64,000 nt of DNA from Sarea resinae. Lineage: Eukaryota. The notes beneath the pieces are model-generated. The model was not told the DNA's origin. It did no database searches and saw only the letters and a list, made by a program, of their open reading frames with translations. The translations under genes were made by a program, and so were the position numbers. Shown here piece after piece: positions 1 through 11,876 of the stretch (its first letter is position 1; every line of letters starts with the position of its first letter). The DNA lies in contig JAPEUD010000030.1 in assembly GCA_026026165.1 (NCBI GenBank), positions 62,001 to 126,000 on the forward strand. The letters are read 5' to 3'.

Positions 1-500
1 TGGCTACCAATTCCTCCATCGCGGAGTCAACGCTTGCGGAATCCCTCACGTTGACACGCGTGGCAAAGACAGTGGCATGTGGAAAATCCTTCCTGAGAGC
101 GTCTACGGAGGAAGGCGCCGGATTGACGTCCCAGAGGGCGAGGCCCGTGAGGCCATGCTCGAGGAGGGCCCGCGCGCCTTCCAGGGCTAGTGTTCCCGTT
201 CCTCCTGTCACTGCCCGATGATGGTGTTTCAGCGTCGTCGTTCATGCTCCAAGGCGACAGAAGACAAAAGCTCGTCCAACAGGTTGCAGCTTCTGTAGTC
301 CCCAAGGTGTGTACTGGTGCTCACATACCGACGGCGTTCCCTTCGACTGCAAACCTCCTCAGTGCCCTCCCTGTAGCATCCAGATAGTGCGGCATTGGTG
401 GAGGCGGTCCCGTCATCGAGCCAAACGATCCGTCGGAGAGCTGCATCTCCGGCAACTTGCGATTGGTGAGAGCATCGCGAGCGGCGGTGCTTTCTGGCAT
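1..500 (-). CDS. Short-chain dehydrogenase/reductase (polyol dehydrogenase-like), 5' part; gene runs off the window start
   Basis: Not in the ORF track. Manual translation: ATG at 500, MPESTAARD...RRFAVEGNAV, GTATGT..CAG intron 328-211, then VTGGTGTLALEGARALLEHGLTGLALWDVN...TRVNVRDSASVDSAMEELVA. This is a Rossmann TGxxGxL(A) N-terminus. Confidence 0.85.
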
Positions 501-1888
501 GGTGTATGACCTTGCTTGGAGATTAAGAAGACAATTTTGAGAGATGGTGAATATGTAAAGGGCTTGAATGAAGACAGCAATTGATTCCGAAAGATGAAAA
601 ATCAGGCCGAAAATAAATGCAACTGAACACGGCGTTGAATGGTGAAAGGCTTTCCAGGATGTCTACATCTAGGCACCCTTTCAAAAACAGATGACTTTCG
701 GAAGTGACGTGAAGGGATCCCTAAATTCCAAAGCAGAGAAAAGCGAACTCCGAAGAGCTTTCGACAGATCAAGTCAAACAAAGCTAGAAATATGACGGGG
801 TTTTCAGGGTAGAATGTGTGCCCTCTCAACAATCAGGCACGCAGCGAAGACTTGAGATGGTCAAGGAAGGGGGTCCATGTGCAAGGTGAGCTAGAGGGAC
901 GATCAGAATGGCGGGGCAGGGCGGGCCAGGGGTCATCCGGCGTAGCAAGGTTTGCCGAGCTGTATGTAGCGTACTCCAGGCTGCATTGTTGACGGCGAAA
1001 GAATGAGAAGAAAGCCAGCAGATGGCAACAGGAAGATGAATTCAGGATTGATGTCAGATCCTTCCGACTGCTCGATGGGCGCTATGCTTCTGGAGCATCT
1101 GGAAAGTCTCTCATGGCAATCAAATATCACCGACTAAATAGACAAAGGCTGGATCGCAAAACATCGAAAAATGCAAAAAGCTCAGACCACTCTATTGAGC
1201 GGTCCTACGAAACCCCCATTGGGATTATCTCATTGGCTTCTTTGTTAATAGCCAGGATTGAAAGGGGATCTCATATCATTATGTCGGAACTTCGTAAGGT
1301 AATACACAAGCGGGGCCTCTACTTCAAATACTGCGACGGGTCATGGCGTATGTAGAGGCGTGCTTGTATAGGGCCAACTGCTATTCACATCATATCGAAA
1401 CCATCAAGTGCGATAATCATTCATTACTTTATAGCAGCAGCGCGTTTATACCACTACGCCATACAACCTTTCGTTATAATATCTTGCTGCTCATAGACTT
1501 ATATGCTTCCAAAGTCTGCTATTCACTGTGTTTTGCGAAAAAGTCCTCCAGCTGCTTCGGCGGGAATCGAACGCTTACGAATGACTGCGCAGTACACAGG
1601 CGAAGACAGCTCTCTGCCTTACTCAGAAAAATCACAGTCATTCCCATCACCTTTCGCTCTTAGGGGCCATTGCCCAGTGTACGACACCATCCCATCGGGA
1701 AATGATCTTCGAACTCTGTCGATTCTTGCCAATCCCAATTGATTTACGGTGTCGCTGAAGAAAACTAAGCCTACTAAGGGCAATAATGAGACCAGGACCA
1801 GTGCTTTATAGAAGGACTCGTCGTCCCGTCTGGCAATGCTATACTGTAAAATTGAACACTTTGGACCATCGGTCTCTCAGTCTTTGCC

Positions 1889-3127
1889 ATGACCTTCACT
1901 ATAGGAGACTTACTCGTTGTCCTTGACAAGACTATTCTCAACCCTTTCGTGGCCGTGCTGCTACCTGCTTATCTTCAATTCTGTACCGACAGCAAAGTAA
2001 CCTTCGTTCCTCACCAGAATGGGCTACTTTATTCGATTCAGGGATCAATTCCACGTCCGTTGCTTGGGTCCCTTCTTCTTCTTGTCGCAGGCACGACTTT
2101 GAGAGTAAACCGATTTCTGAGCTCGAGGGCGCTGAACAACGGCGTGAGCGCGAAGTTCGACTGGCCGAAGGAGGTCATCGTCGTCACAGGAGGGTCGGGC
2201 GGGATTGGAGGAGAGGCTGTCAAGACGCTTGCAAGTAGAGGCAGCACGATTGTAGTTCTGGATGTGATACCTTTGACCTTCTCTAAGCGTACGTATATCT
2301 AGTCATGATGGCTCACAGGATCCTCTATTTACTGATTCGCAACTATAGCGGACAATGTTCACTACTATAAATGCGACTTGACCAATTTTGAGGCCGTTCA
2401 GGCAGCCGCAGTCAAGATTGCAAAGTACGTCATTTCTCCAACTGGAGATGGATATAATTGATGAGACATTAGGGAGGTTGGGACGCCAACGTGTGTCGTC
2501 GCAAATGCCGGAATCTGTCGGGGTAATGCGATTCTCAATGCGAGCAAGCGTGATATTGAGCTGTGAGTCTTGGATGTCTGCTAAACAACAGCATCTCCCG
2601 GGTTTTATTCTGACTGCGCCATCAGTACCTTTGCCGTGAATAACCTCGGTCTGCTCTGGACCGCAAAGGCCTTCTTGCCCAGCATGGTCGAAAAGAATCA
2701 CGGTCACTTCCTCATCATTTCCTCGCAAACCGGTTACCTTGCTACGGCAGGAGTTGTCGACTATGCCGCCTCCAAAGCCGCCACGTTGAACATTTTCGAA
2801 GGGCTGCAAACGGAATTGAAGCATGTATACAAAGCGCCGGCAATTCGTGTCTCTTGCATTGCCCCATCAGCAGTCAGCACCAAGATGTTCGCCGGCATCA
2901 AAGCCGGCTCGAACTTCTTCATGCCGCGTCTAACTCCTGAGAGTGTTGGCTCCTTGATCGCCGAAGTCCTCTGGAGCGGCAAGTCGCAGAACCTCATGAC
3001 CCCTGCTTTCGCCTACATTTCGGTGCCAACCAAGGTTCTTCCCGACTGGATGCGTATCGGCATGCAGGACGGTGGGGCAGACGTCATGAGCGAGTTGAAA
3101 CCGCACAAGCCAGAAGGCCTGGACTAG
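1889..3127 (+). CDS. Membrane-anchored short-chain dehydrogenase/reductase (retinol/17beta-HSD11-like family)
   Basis: Hydrophobic N-terminus, VTGGSGGIG, ANAG and catalytic YAASK. Introns ~2289-2348, 2425-2472 and 2563-2625 restore one frame. Confidence 0.9.
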
Positions 3128-4107
3128 ACTTGGTTGCAACGGTCGAGAGAATGGTTCAACAGATACTGTTGCCTTGAAGCAGCTCATCAAAGCCCCAGCT
3201 TACGTTTGGGCGGACGAAGCACGCAGAAGAAGCATGCGAACTGTACATAAGACTTGCCGTGCTAGATTCGCATCGTCGACGAACTAAGAAGATACCTGAT
3301 TAAGGTGGTTTACACTCAATGGTAGATGCAAATCATGCCACTCTTTCCTTTGAGCCGATTGAATGGTTTCGATTTGGCGGTTGGGAACGGCCGTGGAAAA
3401 CAGGACAGTCAGATATTTCTTACTGCTGCCGGACCCCTGAAAGATTTGAGGTATTCTGTACTCTGTATAGGCATCCCCGCCACGAGACCCTGCAGGGTAA
3501 TTAGAGTACTCCACCGCAGTACGGATACTGCCCCGCAATTTAAATCAGTGTCCCCGCCGTTTGGATTACTCCGGGGTAGATCTGCAAATCTAGTATCTGT
3601 TCGACCGTCATTAGAGGGGTTGTGTTGCATACTCTATTAGTACTATTCTTTCGTAGAAAATTCGTTCAAAAAAAGGGCATACCTTATTATGAGGGTATAG
3701 AAGTACCGGGCTTACATAGGTATCAATGTTATCTGACCCTTTGACCTCTCTGATAATATGCACCAGATCCTCTCTACCTTGATTGCTGACCTCTATACAA
3801 TTGTAATTCAGGTCCTGGAGGTGAGGTGCACCTCGGGGCCTTCTTGGGGTGAATCTAGCGCTATTCTCGCAAGCCCGAGATAGCTTAAGGTAGCTATCCA
3901 TAACAGGTAGGTAAGGTACCTATCCTCACTGCCACTGATTCTCCCCACATTGATCGATCGGCAGACTGGGAGATCGTCGTCATTGGCAGGGAGACGACCG
4001 TCCCTGGCCAGCACTACCTTACTCACTACATGAATTCATAATACTTTCTCTATCGATTGCACCGCCGGAGAGGATGACCTGTGGACGGCCATTCATTGTT
4101 GTTCACG

Positions 4108-6217
4108 ATGCCACCTGCCAGATCAGCAAAACGACGTTCGGCCACTGACGAGACCGCGAAGAAGTCATGCGCGACTGCCGCCAACCAGCGAGCCGTACGG
4201 AAGAGGGCTCAAAACAGGTGATACGAGACTGGCTGGTTCACCGCAGAGACCCTTCTAATCTGTGAGGTACCAGGATCTCGCAGCAATGCTTCCGAGAGAA
4301 GCAGCTGGCACACACACGCCAGCTAGAATCCTTCATCGCAGCCATCAAAGAGACGAATGAGACGAATGAGACGAGAGCAGATGGACAAGTTATGCGTCAG
4401 CCGTTGCTCAATGCTCATCTGAGTCTGATAGAAGAGAATCAGAGGATGAGAGATGCATTGCTGCGGATGAGGAAGAAGTTTCTCAGTCTAAGCAGTGCAG
4501 CAGCTGCAGCTGCAGGTATGTCCTTCTCTATCGTTCCGATCATAGCGTTTTGACTAAGCTCACGATGGTGACGTCCACCAGATGATGAGATATTCCAGAC
4601 AATTCTGGCGGATAATCGAAATGAGAGACAGGGGTCCTCTCTGGACTCTCCTGCGGTATCGCAGTCACCAACGAATGCTGGCGAGTGTGCAGCAGGCTTG
4701 TCAGAAAAAGAGCCGGTTGCCGTTACTCTACCCCAAAGAAACGAATCAGCTTCGCAGCTGACGGCATCGGTCGGTGATGCCGATGCTTCCACATTGAACG
4801 CTGCGCCACCTGGAGTTACCCTGGCAAATGTTGCCGAGAGATTCTCAAGCTATCCATCCCATATCGACGCCGGCTTGGAGGAAACTATACCAAATAATGT
4901 CTTTTCGGAGAATGTTGCACCAGATTTAAATTCTATGAGCATAGATCCAGGACACGAAGAGAGCTGCCCACATCGCCATCAACCGGTGGATCCATATCAA
5001 CCCGAAAGGAACAATATGACTGACAGCCTTCACCCACTAGAGGGCGAGTTTCGCATGCAGTTTGATTCCCTCGATGCATCATTCCTTTCCATGCTTCCCG
5101 AAACGTTACCCAACTTTCTGCCTTCGCCAAAAATAGCATCTCCAATCGTTGCACCCGGGAGCCTGCGCCGACCGCTATCAGCAACGTCGGCCTGTCTGAT
5201 GGCGACCAAAGTCGAAGAGACGTGCGTAATATATATCTCGCAAAGACTAGGTCTTGGAGTCAGCGTGGAGCCCACCGGTAGCACAGGAGAGTTCTCGGCG
5301 CGTCTAGAGTCGCTGAAGAAGGAATATCTTCATAGCGTCAGCCAACAGATTGTTGATGACCTGGCTAAAGCATCCATCAACATAATCGCCTCTTATTCGG
5401 GGCTTCGTCCCTATCTCTATGGAATTGTACGTTTTTGTAAATTCCATCTCACTGCTTCTAGTCAAGAGGGCTGACGTCCTTCCAAGGGTGCTAACGATAT
5501 AATGGAGTCGATTATGCGCTGGAGACTATCTCCCACTGTTGGAAATCGCCTGGCAATCCCAGAGCCGTTCAGGCCTACACCTTTGCAATTTCTGAGCCCA
5601 AGACACCCTGTGGCGATTGATTTTCTCAATTGGTCGGCCATTCGAGATCAGCTCATTCTCCGATCTGATCTTGATGTGGACGAGATTACATCTGAAATAT
5701 TCCGGAATACGGTTATCGAGATCCCGCACTTAGAGGTAGCTCTCAATATATTTGATCTGTTCAAGACGAAGATATCACCTGAAGATCCATCCCTAAAGCA
5801 CGCTGGTGATGCAGAGCCGTCAAACTCAGGAGCGGGACTAACTCATCTCGCTCAAATGCCACCCTTACAATTGAAAGAAGATGTCAATCTTCTCACCGAC
5901 TCTTTCCTGCAGGACATCTCGTGGAGGGTCCATCTCGGTGAACAGGAGAGGATGCGTTCCACGGGTAACAGACTGAGTCAAAGCCCTCCCTCGGCATCGA
6001 ATGCAGATATTCGGAAGAGTGTCCTGGCGATCCGCTATGGCTTAGATAATCTATCTCAATGGAAGTTGAGCAAGGAATTTTGCGAAAGATACCCCGTTTT
6101 AGATTGTTCAACTGGTAAGTGCATGTCCCTGTTTGTAACTCGTATGCCTAATCCTGCGTTTTGGCAGCGGCATCGTCCTATTCGATGGTTTCGTCCAGAC
6201 TAGTGATGAGCTTCTAG
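4108..6217 (+). CDS. Fungal bZIP-type transcription factor with C-terminal DUF3425-like domain
   Basis: Spliced basic region RKRAQNR|ISQQCFREKQ followed by a coiled coil. C-terminal PEPFRPTPLQ...HPVAIDFLNWSAIRDQLIL...WKLSKEF is typical of DUF3425. Introns ~4218-4273, 4516-4581, 5426-5486, 6115-6167. Confidence 0.8.
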
Positions 6218-7725
6218 CGTTGGGATTTGTATCATAGCTCTGGCAAGGCGTTCATATCGGTAGTACAGGGGAGTCAGCATTGAGTGTCAGGGGGCTGGTG
6301 TGAGTTAGGATTCAATCTCAGGAAGCTACCAGAGAAGAACATGATCATGGCGATGACATCAAAGAAGCTGGACTGGTAGGTAGGTAGGTAGGTAGATACC
6401 AGGTAGGTGGACAGACAGTCAAGCCGGATCGTGGGTAGTTGATCAAAAGGTCATCTATTTAGAATAGCAATCCTCTCTCTTTCCATTGCGTGAGATACAC
6501 GGCTAGCCATTACGATCATCTTCTTCGACGACGACCATGACAGCTTGCTCTACCACGACCAAAGGCCCGAACCAGACGAGTCCTGGACGGACGGATGGAT
6601 ACCGGGTCATGTGATGGTGCATGCAGCAAGCCATCATGCATCATTGATCCAATGCGTACGATGTGATGATGCTCGAATTGTTGATGGTCGTAATCGTAGG
6701 CGTCGTCTTCCATGTCTCCGAATCGACTAGCAGGGGGGAGGGGGGCAGGCGTTTTGATGTGTATAAAAGAGGCCACCACCTCGGATTTCTGGTCTTCACT
6801 CTTGCACCGTTCTTTCGTTCTCGAGAAAGACGAGAGAGAGGGTGCGATGGCTATGAAGCTGCCGGACCGACCTACCTACCTCCCGCCTGCCTCGGGCATG
6901 GTATGGGTCGGTCGGGTGCATACTCCATGCTGACAGGACAGACTGCAATTGCCAGATCCCTTGCGTGTGTGCTCGCGAGCAGAGCAGCAGCAACATCGAC
7001 AGCGCGTCCAGCTGAGCCAGGCGGCGTATTGGTACCGTACTCGTCGGCCGGTAGCATCGCTGTACGAGGTACTGCTACAGCATCACGGTGCTGCTGCTGC
7101 TGCTGACTGCTAACCACGCCCCTCTAAACAATCGTCGCGAATTGATGAGAGGAGACGGATAGACACGATGCCTGAGACGTCTGAGGGCTCTCTCGAGCGT
7201 GTTCAAGCACTTGGTGAGATCCATGACTGCTGCTCCGGTACGAAACGGACACTGGCAGCCAGCCAGCCAGCCAGCCAGGGGAGAACGTGGCCAGGTAGCA
7301 TCGAGTGAATGGCTACTTCGCCCAGATGAGCCTGAGATGTTGGAAACGAAACTGATGACTACCCCCAAAGGATCATTTTAATACGATGTCCTCTGGTTAC
7401 ACGTCCAATCTGGCCTCTGTACGATGTCACTTACTGACATACTTTACTTACCTTGATTCTCGAGACCACAATAGTCACACGCGCTCACTGGAACAGTCAC
7501 GGTCACACGTTGGAAGACGGCTTTTCCAAAAGTATATATTCTCATCACCGCCACCGAGAGCGTGGTCGGATACATCGCCATCAACCAGACCAAAAGCTTC
7601 ATAGAACCATCAGATCTTCACCGAGAAGGAAGTTCCACCGGAATAGAAAGCATCTCATCTCCCATCTCCCCTTTCCTTCACCTCCATCACCTCCATCACC
7701 AAGACCCCATCTCTTCTCCATCAAA

Positions 7726-8463
7726 ATGCCCTCCCCGACCACCATCCACGAATTCCGCCATCCCTCATCTCCCTACCTCATCTCCACCGACCCGCACAAA
7801 CTGTCGCTCGACGCCATCTCCGCCGCCTTTAGCAGCTCGGAGCTCTACTCAGCCTCGCCCCTGCAGACGTCCCAATTGGCAACCTGCCTGCGCCACTCCC
7901 TCTGTCTGGGCCTCTACCTGATCCCGACCAACGCTCCGTCCGATCTGTCAACCACAGCCACCTCGTCTCTACCCTCCGGCACCACCTATGCCTCGACCGC
8001 CATCCCCTCGTCGACCTCGACCTCGACCACGACAACCTACGCGCAGATCGGGCTCGCGCGCCTCGTCACCGACCACGTCACCTTTGCCTATCTCACCGAC
8101 GTCTACGTGCTCCCCGACTACCGAGGGCGTGGCCTCGCGCGCTGGCTGCTGCATTGCGTCGATCAGGTCCTCGGCCGCTTCGCCGCGCTGCGCAGGACCC
8201 TCTGTATCGTGAGAAAGGACGACGGCGTCAGCGGGCTGTACGAGGAATGTCTCGGCATGCGCGAGTTTGGCAGCGTCAGCGACGAGCAGGAGAAGCAGAT
8301 CGAGGGCGAGGCAGCAAAAAATGGTGTGCCTGCTGCGCTGAATGGCCATAGTGGTGACAAGACGGCCGACGAGCAGCAATATGTCGTCCTCAGCAAGACG
8401 GGTAAGGGTACTTGGGCTCATGGATCCTTTCTCTCGACGTCTGGCGCCGGCGCAGACGCTTGA
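7726..8463 (+). CDS. GNAT family N-acetyltransferase
   Basis: YLISTDPHKLSLDAI...QIGLARLVTDHVTFAYLTDVYVLPDYRGRGLARWL contains the acetyl-CoA motif RGRG. ATG in AAAATG context at 7726; intronless. Confidence 0.9.
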   Translation: MPSPTTIHEFRHPSSPYLISTDPHKLSLDAISAAFSSSELYSASPLQTSQLATCLRHSLCLGLYLIPTNAPSDLSTTATSSLPSGTTYASTAIPSSTSTSTTTTYAQIGLARLVTDHVTFAYLTDVYVLPDYRGRGLARWLLHCVDQVLGRFAALRRTLCIVRKDDGVSGLYEECLGMREFGSVSDEQEKQIEGEAAKNGVPAALNGHSGDKTADEQQYVVLSKTGKGTWAHGSFLSTSGAGADA

Positions 8464-9259
8464 TCTCGTCGATTTATCCTCTTCCATCCTGCGACCTCAA
8501 ATTTGGTCACGGGGGGTACTGCGCCGTCGAATCTGCCGGAAACCTGTGGCATCAGGCCCGCTATCTCTACTCGTCCTCATCTTGTCTGACGATTCCGTCT
8601 CCATCTTCTCAGGAGGCTTTCTCAGCACCACCACTCACTCCTTACGCTCACCTACCTATTCACGCCTCAGCAGGAGCCACCCGTATTCATTTGCTTGACT
8701 CTACTCCGTTTCGACTTTCGGCTATCAAGGGCTACTCTGTTACTCTCTTATCCTCATATGCTCTCTACCACTATTACACTCTTATCCTTTTATTCTCTCT
8801 CCCTCCCCTCTCTGCCAGCTCCAAAGACCTACAACCCTACCCCCTTGAATTTTCCTATCCCTAGACCATTACAAGGCACTATTATCTCTCTCATCCTAGA
8901 CTTGTGATATCACTATTCCCTATTCTTCACCCAGGATTTGTACGGTAGAGCACGGCAACACGGTATGGCGCTAGATTCGTGTTGTTTTCTATCTGTTTAC
9001 TCACTTAATCTTCTCTTCCTTTCTTGCTTCCTTTCCCTTTGTTCATTTCTTTCTTTCTTCCTAGCTATATAGCTACCTACCTAGCTAAGCTAGCTCGATT
9101 CAATACACCTCAGAATCAATCACTCACTCACTTTTTACTTACTTCTATACTTGCTCCTAGTAGCAAAGCAAACCTACAGCAAAAGACTAAGTAAGGTAGC
9201 TCAAGGTCTAGTAATACTAGGTACCTTAGGTAGTATAGTATAATATAGCTGCTATAACT

Positions 9260-9262
<3 letters not shown>

Positions 9263-9336
<74 letters not shown>
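9263..9336. repeat. (TC)n microsatellite
   Basis: Perfect dinucleotide tract. Confidence 0.97.
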
Positions 9337-9339
<3 letters not shown>

Positions 9340-10060
9340 TTCTGTCTATCTCTCTCAATACCCTTACCCTATCTCAACACTCTTTCCTCCTTCCTCCTCC
9401 TCCAACTAGATAGGTAGGTAGGTAAGGTAGGTAGGGACCTTTTAATCGATCGACTAAGCGATCTCTCCAATCACCTCTAAGGGTCCTCTTAGGTCTCCCT
9501 GATGCAATGGCCCCTGATTGGCCCCGGATGTGGCCCCTGATGGCGCCCCCTGATATCCTGTCATCTTTCACGGGCAGATAGATAGGGTGGAGAGATAGAT
9601 TGACTGATGAGGTGGGGTAAGAGGAGGGGAGGGGAGGGCAGGGGTTAGGGGTTAGGGGGTGGGGGTGGGGGAATAGGGGGGGAGGGAGAGTAGCTGTTGT
9701 TGTTGTTGTTGTTGCCAAGGTAGCTAGCCTAGGGTGGTGTGTTGTGTAGAGGATAGCTGAGGTGGGGAGGGGGTGGTAGGTGGTGAGGACGTGGTATAGT
9801 AAGAGAGTAAGATGTTATAAAAGAGTGGGATGGAAGAAGGGCTGGAGATATCGAAGGGCTAGAGATATAGAAGGGGCGGGTGCTAGAGTTGAAGTGCTGG
9901 AGTTGAGGGTGCCGGAGTTGGGAGCGGGGGAGGTGAGAAGGTGGGGAAAAGGTGAGATGCTAGAGTTGGGAGGTGAGAAGGTGCCGGAGTTGTGAGAGAT
10001 GACTTTGAGAGGTGGGAAAGGCGGCCGGGAGGATGATCTTGGGAAGAACATGAGGCATTA

Positions 10061-10150
<90 letters not shown>

Positions 10151-10192
10151 AAGAGGGCTTAGGGTAATCCTGCTCTGCGCGAGAGACACATC

Positions 10193-10231
<39 letters not shown>
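10061..10231. repeat. Compound microsatellite (GCGT)n-(GT)n plus (AG)n
   Basis: Directly visible, downstream of TRM7. Confidence 0.95.
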
Positions 10232-10235
<4 letters not shown>

Positions 10236-10392
10236 TAGCACGCTGATCTGGCATTTGACCCCCACGTCCCCTTATCGTGATTGGTCTCGAGATTTGGTGG
10301 TTGAGTTGATCTAGAGATGTGATGAGGATTGCGTTGGTGTTCAATGGACATCTTCAAGTGGCTTTGTGTAGTAGTAGTACCAGCAGCGGTCT

Positions 10393-11643
10393 TCAACTGC
10401 CCGTAGCACCGCCACCAGAAGTCTTCCCATACATCCCCCCTCTCGCCCGACGCATCTCCAACGCCCGTTTATACGGCGGTGCCGTCGGCGGCTGCACCGG
10501 GTTCAGCGATACCCGGTCTCGCGGCAGATGGTACGAGGCGTCGGCATCGTAGGCGCTGAGATCGCCGCACGCGAGAAAGGGCGCGATGTAGCGATTGCTA
10601 TTGTTATACGCTTCGGCGTTTGGGGCCCCTGGACCTAAATCAAGCTCCACGATCCCGTCGGCCCGCAGTGTTCTCGTCTGGCCAGCCGCAGTGCGGTCCG
10701 TATTATTGGTGTTAGATAGTAACGAGTTTGCATCATTGGCGGTGGACTGTGAGGGCGTTGACGGCGTGGGAAACCGCATGCCCGCGCCCAGCGGGTTCTC
10801 GAGACTCGCCTTGAACCCCTCCGGCGGCCTGAAGCCCTCGCACACCACAAAGGCCTCGACGCTGCTGGCGCGGCTGCTGCGCGGCTTGGCCACGGTGACG
10901 CGCGCGAACACAATCTTCAGCTGCGCGTACAGCAGGTCGACGTCCTTGCCGCGGAAGATCTTGGCCACGAATTTCCCGCCGGGTTTCAGCACGCACAGCG
11001 CAAGGTTCAGCGCCGCCCACAGCAGCTGGCTCTGCACGTAGATGTCGAGGTCGTGCAGACCCGTCACGTCGGGCGCGCCGTCCGAGAGCACCAGGTCGAC
11101 CGGGTGCGAGGCCGATGTGGAGGTCGGGTCGAAGGTCGAGGGGTCGAGCGCGCGCAGGAGGAGCGGGACGGTCGACGGGTGCGTTATGTCGGCCCGCAGC
11201 GTCGTGATGCCCTCGAGCGGAGACATGGGCTGGAGATCAATAGCGACGATCTTGACGCCCTCTCTCGGCGAGAGTTTCGCGGTGGCTGGCACGGACTGCC
11301 CGAGAATCGCAGATGGCACCGGCACGTCGTCGTCATTGCCTGGCTGCTTGCTGCTCTTGGTATCGTTGCTCTTATTCTCGAGACTCTGCAGCACCGCCGT
11401 CTCTTTGAGATGTTTGTCCTCCCAGCCCGCGCGGCCGAAGCGCTCGCCCTTGATCAGAACCCGCGACAGCACTTGGCTCCAGCTCCCCGGCGCCGCGCAC
11501 AGGTCCACGACGCGCGTTACGTCTTCGAAGAGATTGAACTCTTCGTCTAGCTGGAGCAGCTTGAAGGCGCTTCGGGCGCGCCAGCCTTGCTCTTTGGCGA
11601 GCCGGTAGTAGGCGTCGCGTTTGTCTTTGGAGGATTTGCCCAT
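10393..11643 (-). CDS. TRM7: tRNA (C32/G34) 2'-O-methyltransferase Trm7 (FtsJ family)
   Basis: [77 protein letters not shown]. Intronless. Confidence 0.96.
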   Translation of the reverse strand: MGKSSKDKRDAYYRLAKEQGWRARSAFKLLQLDEEFNLFEDVTRVVDLCAAPGSWSQVLSRVLIKGERFGRAGWEDKHLKETAVLQSLENKSNDTKSSKQPGNDDDVPVPSAILGQSVPATAKLSPREGVKIVAIDLQPMSPLEGITTLRADITHPSTVPLLLRALDPSTFDPTSTSASHPVDLVLSDGAPDVTGLHDLDIYVQSQLLWAALNLALCVLKPGGKFVAKIFRGKDVDLLYAQLKIVFARVTVAKPRSSRASSVEAFVVCEGFRPPEGFKASLENPLGAGMRFPTPSTPSQSTANDANSLLSNTNNTDRTAAGQTRTLRADGIVELDLGPGAPNAEAYNNSNRYIAPFLACGDLSAYDADASYHLPRDRVSLNPVQPPTAPPYKRALEMRRARGGMYGKTSGGGATGS

Positions 11644-11876
11644 TTTCGAGAGAGGCAATCGATCAGGATGAGTGCTTTGCAGGAGTAATTGTTGCCCTCT
11701 TTTCTTTTGCCCTTGCGACAGACTGTAAAGTGGGATGGATGGGACATGCGGGGGTCGCACATGCAGACCGCCGGGTAATTCCGAGGGGAAATTTTGGAAG
11801 CCCTTGATTCTGCCGCTGGGACTTTGTTTTGTCGACCTCCACACCACACAAGGCGAGACCACTAGATCGGCATATC

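Noticed and set aside
3560..4030. TA-rich segment with a 96-aa minus-strand ORF
   Set aside because: Could be a mutated relic, but no repeat partner or family motif is identifiable in this window.
7340..7440. GAAAC-CTGATGA...CTGA as a hammerhead ribozyme or C/D snoRNA
   Set aside because: GAAA directly abuts CUGAUGA, leaving no room for stems; no recognisable rRNA-complementary guide.
7453..7725. His/Arg-rich N-terminal extension of the GNAT
   Set aside because: Starts at TTG and looks like CT-rich 5' UTR; ATG 7726 has good context and begins the recognisable domain.
9640..9660. Interstitial telomere
   Set aside because: Only two imperfectly spaced TTAGGG units.
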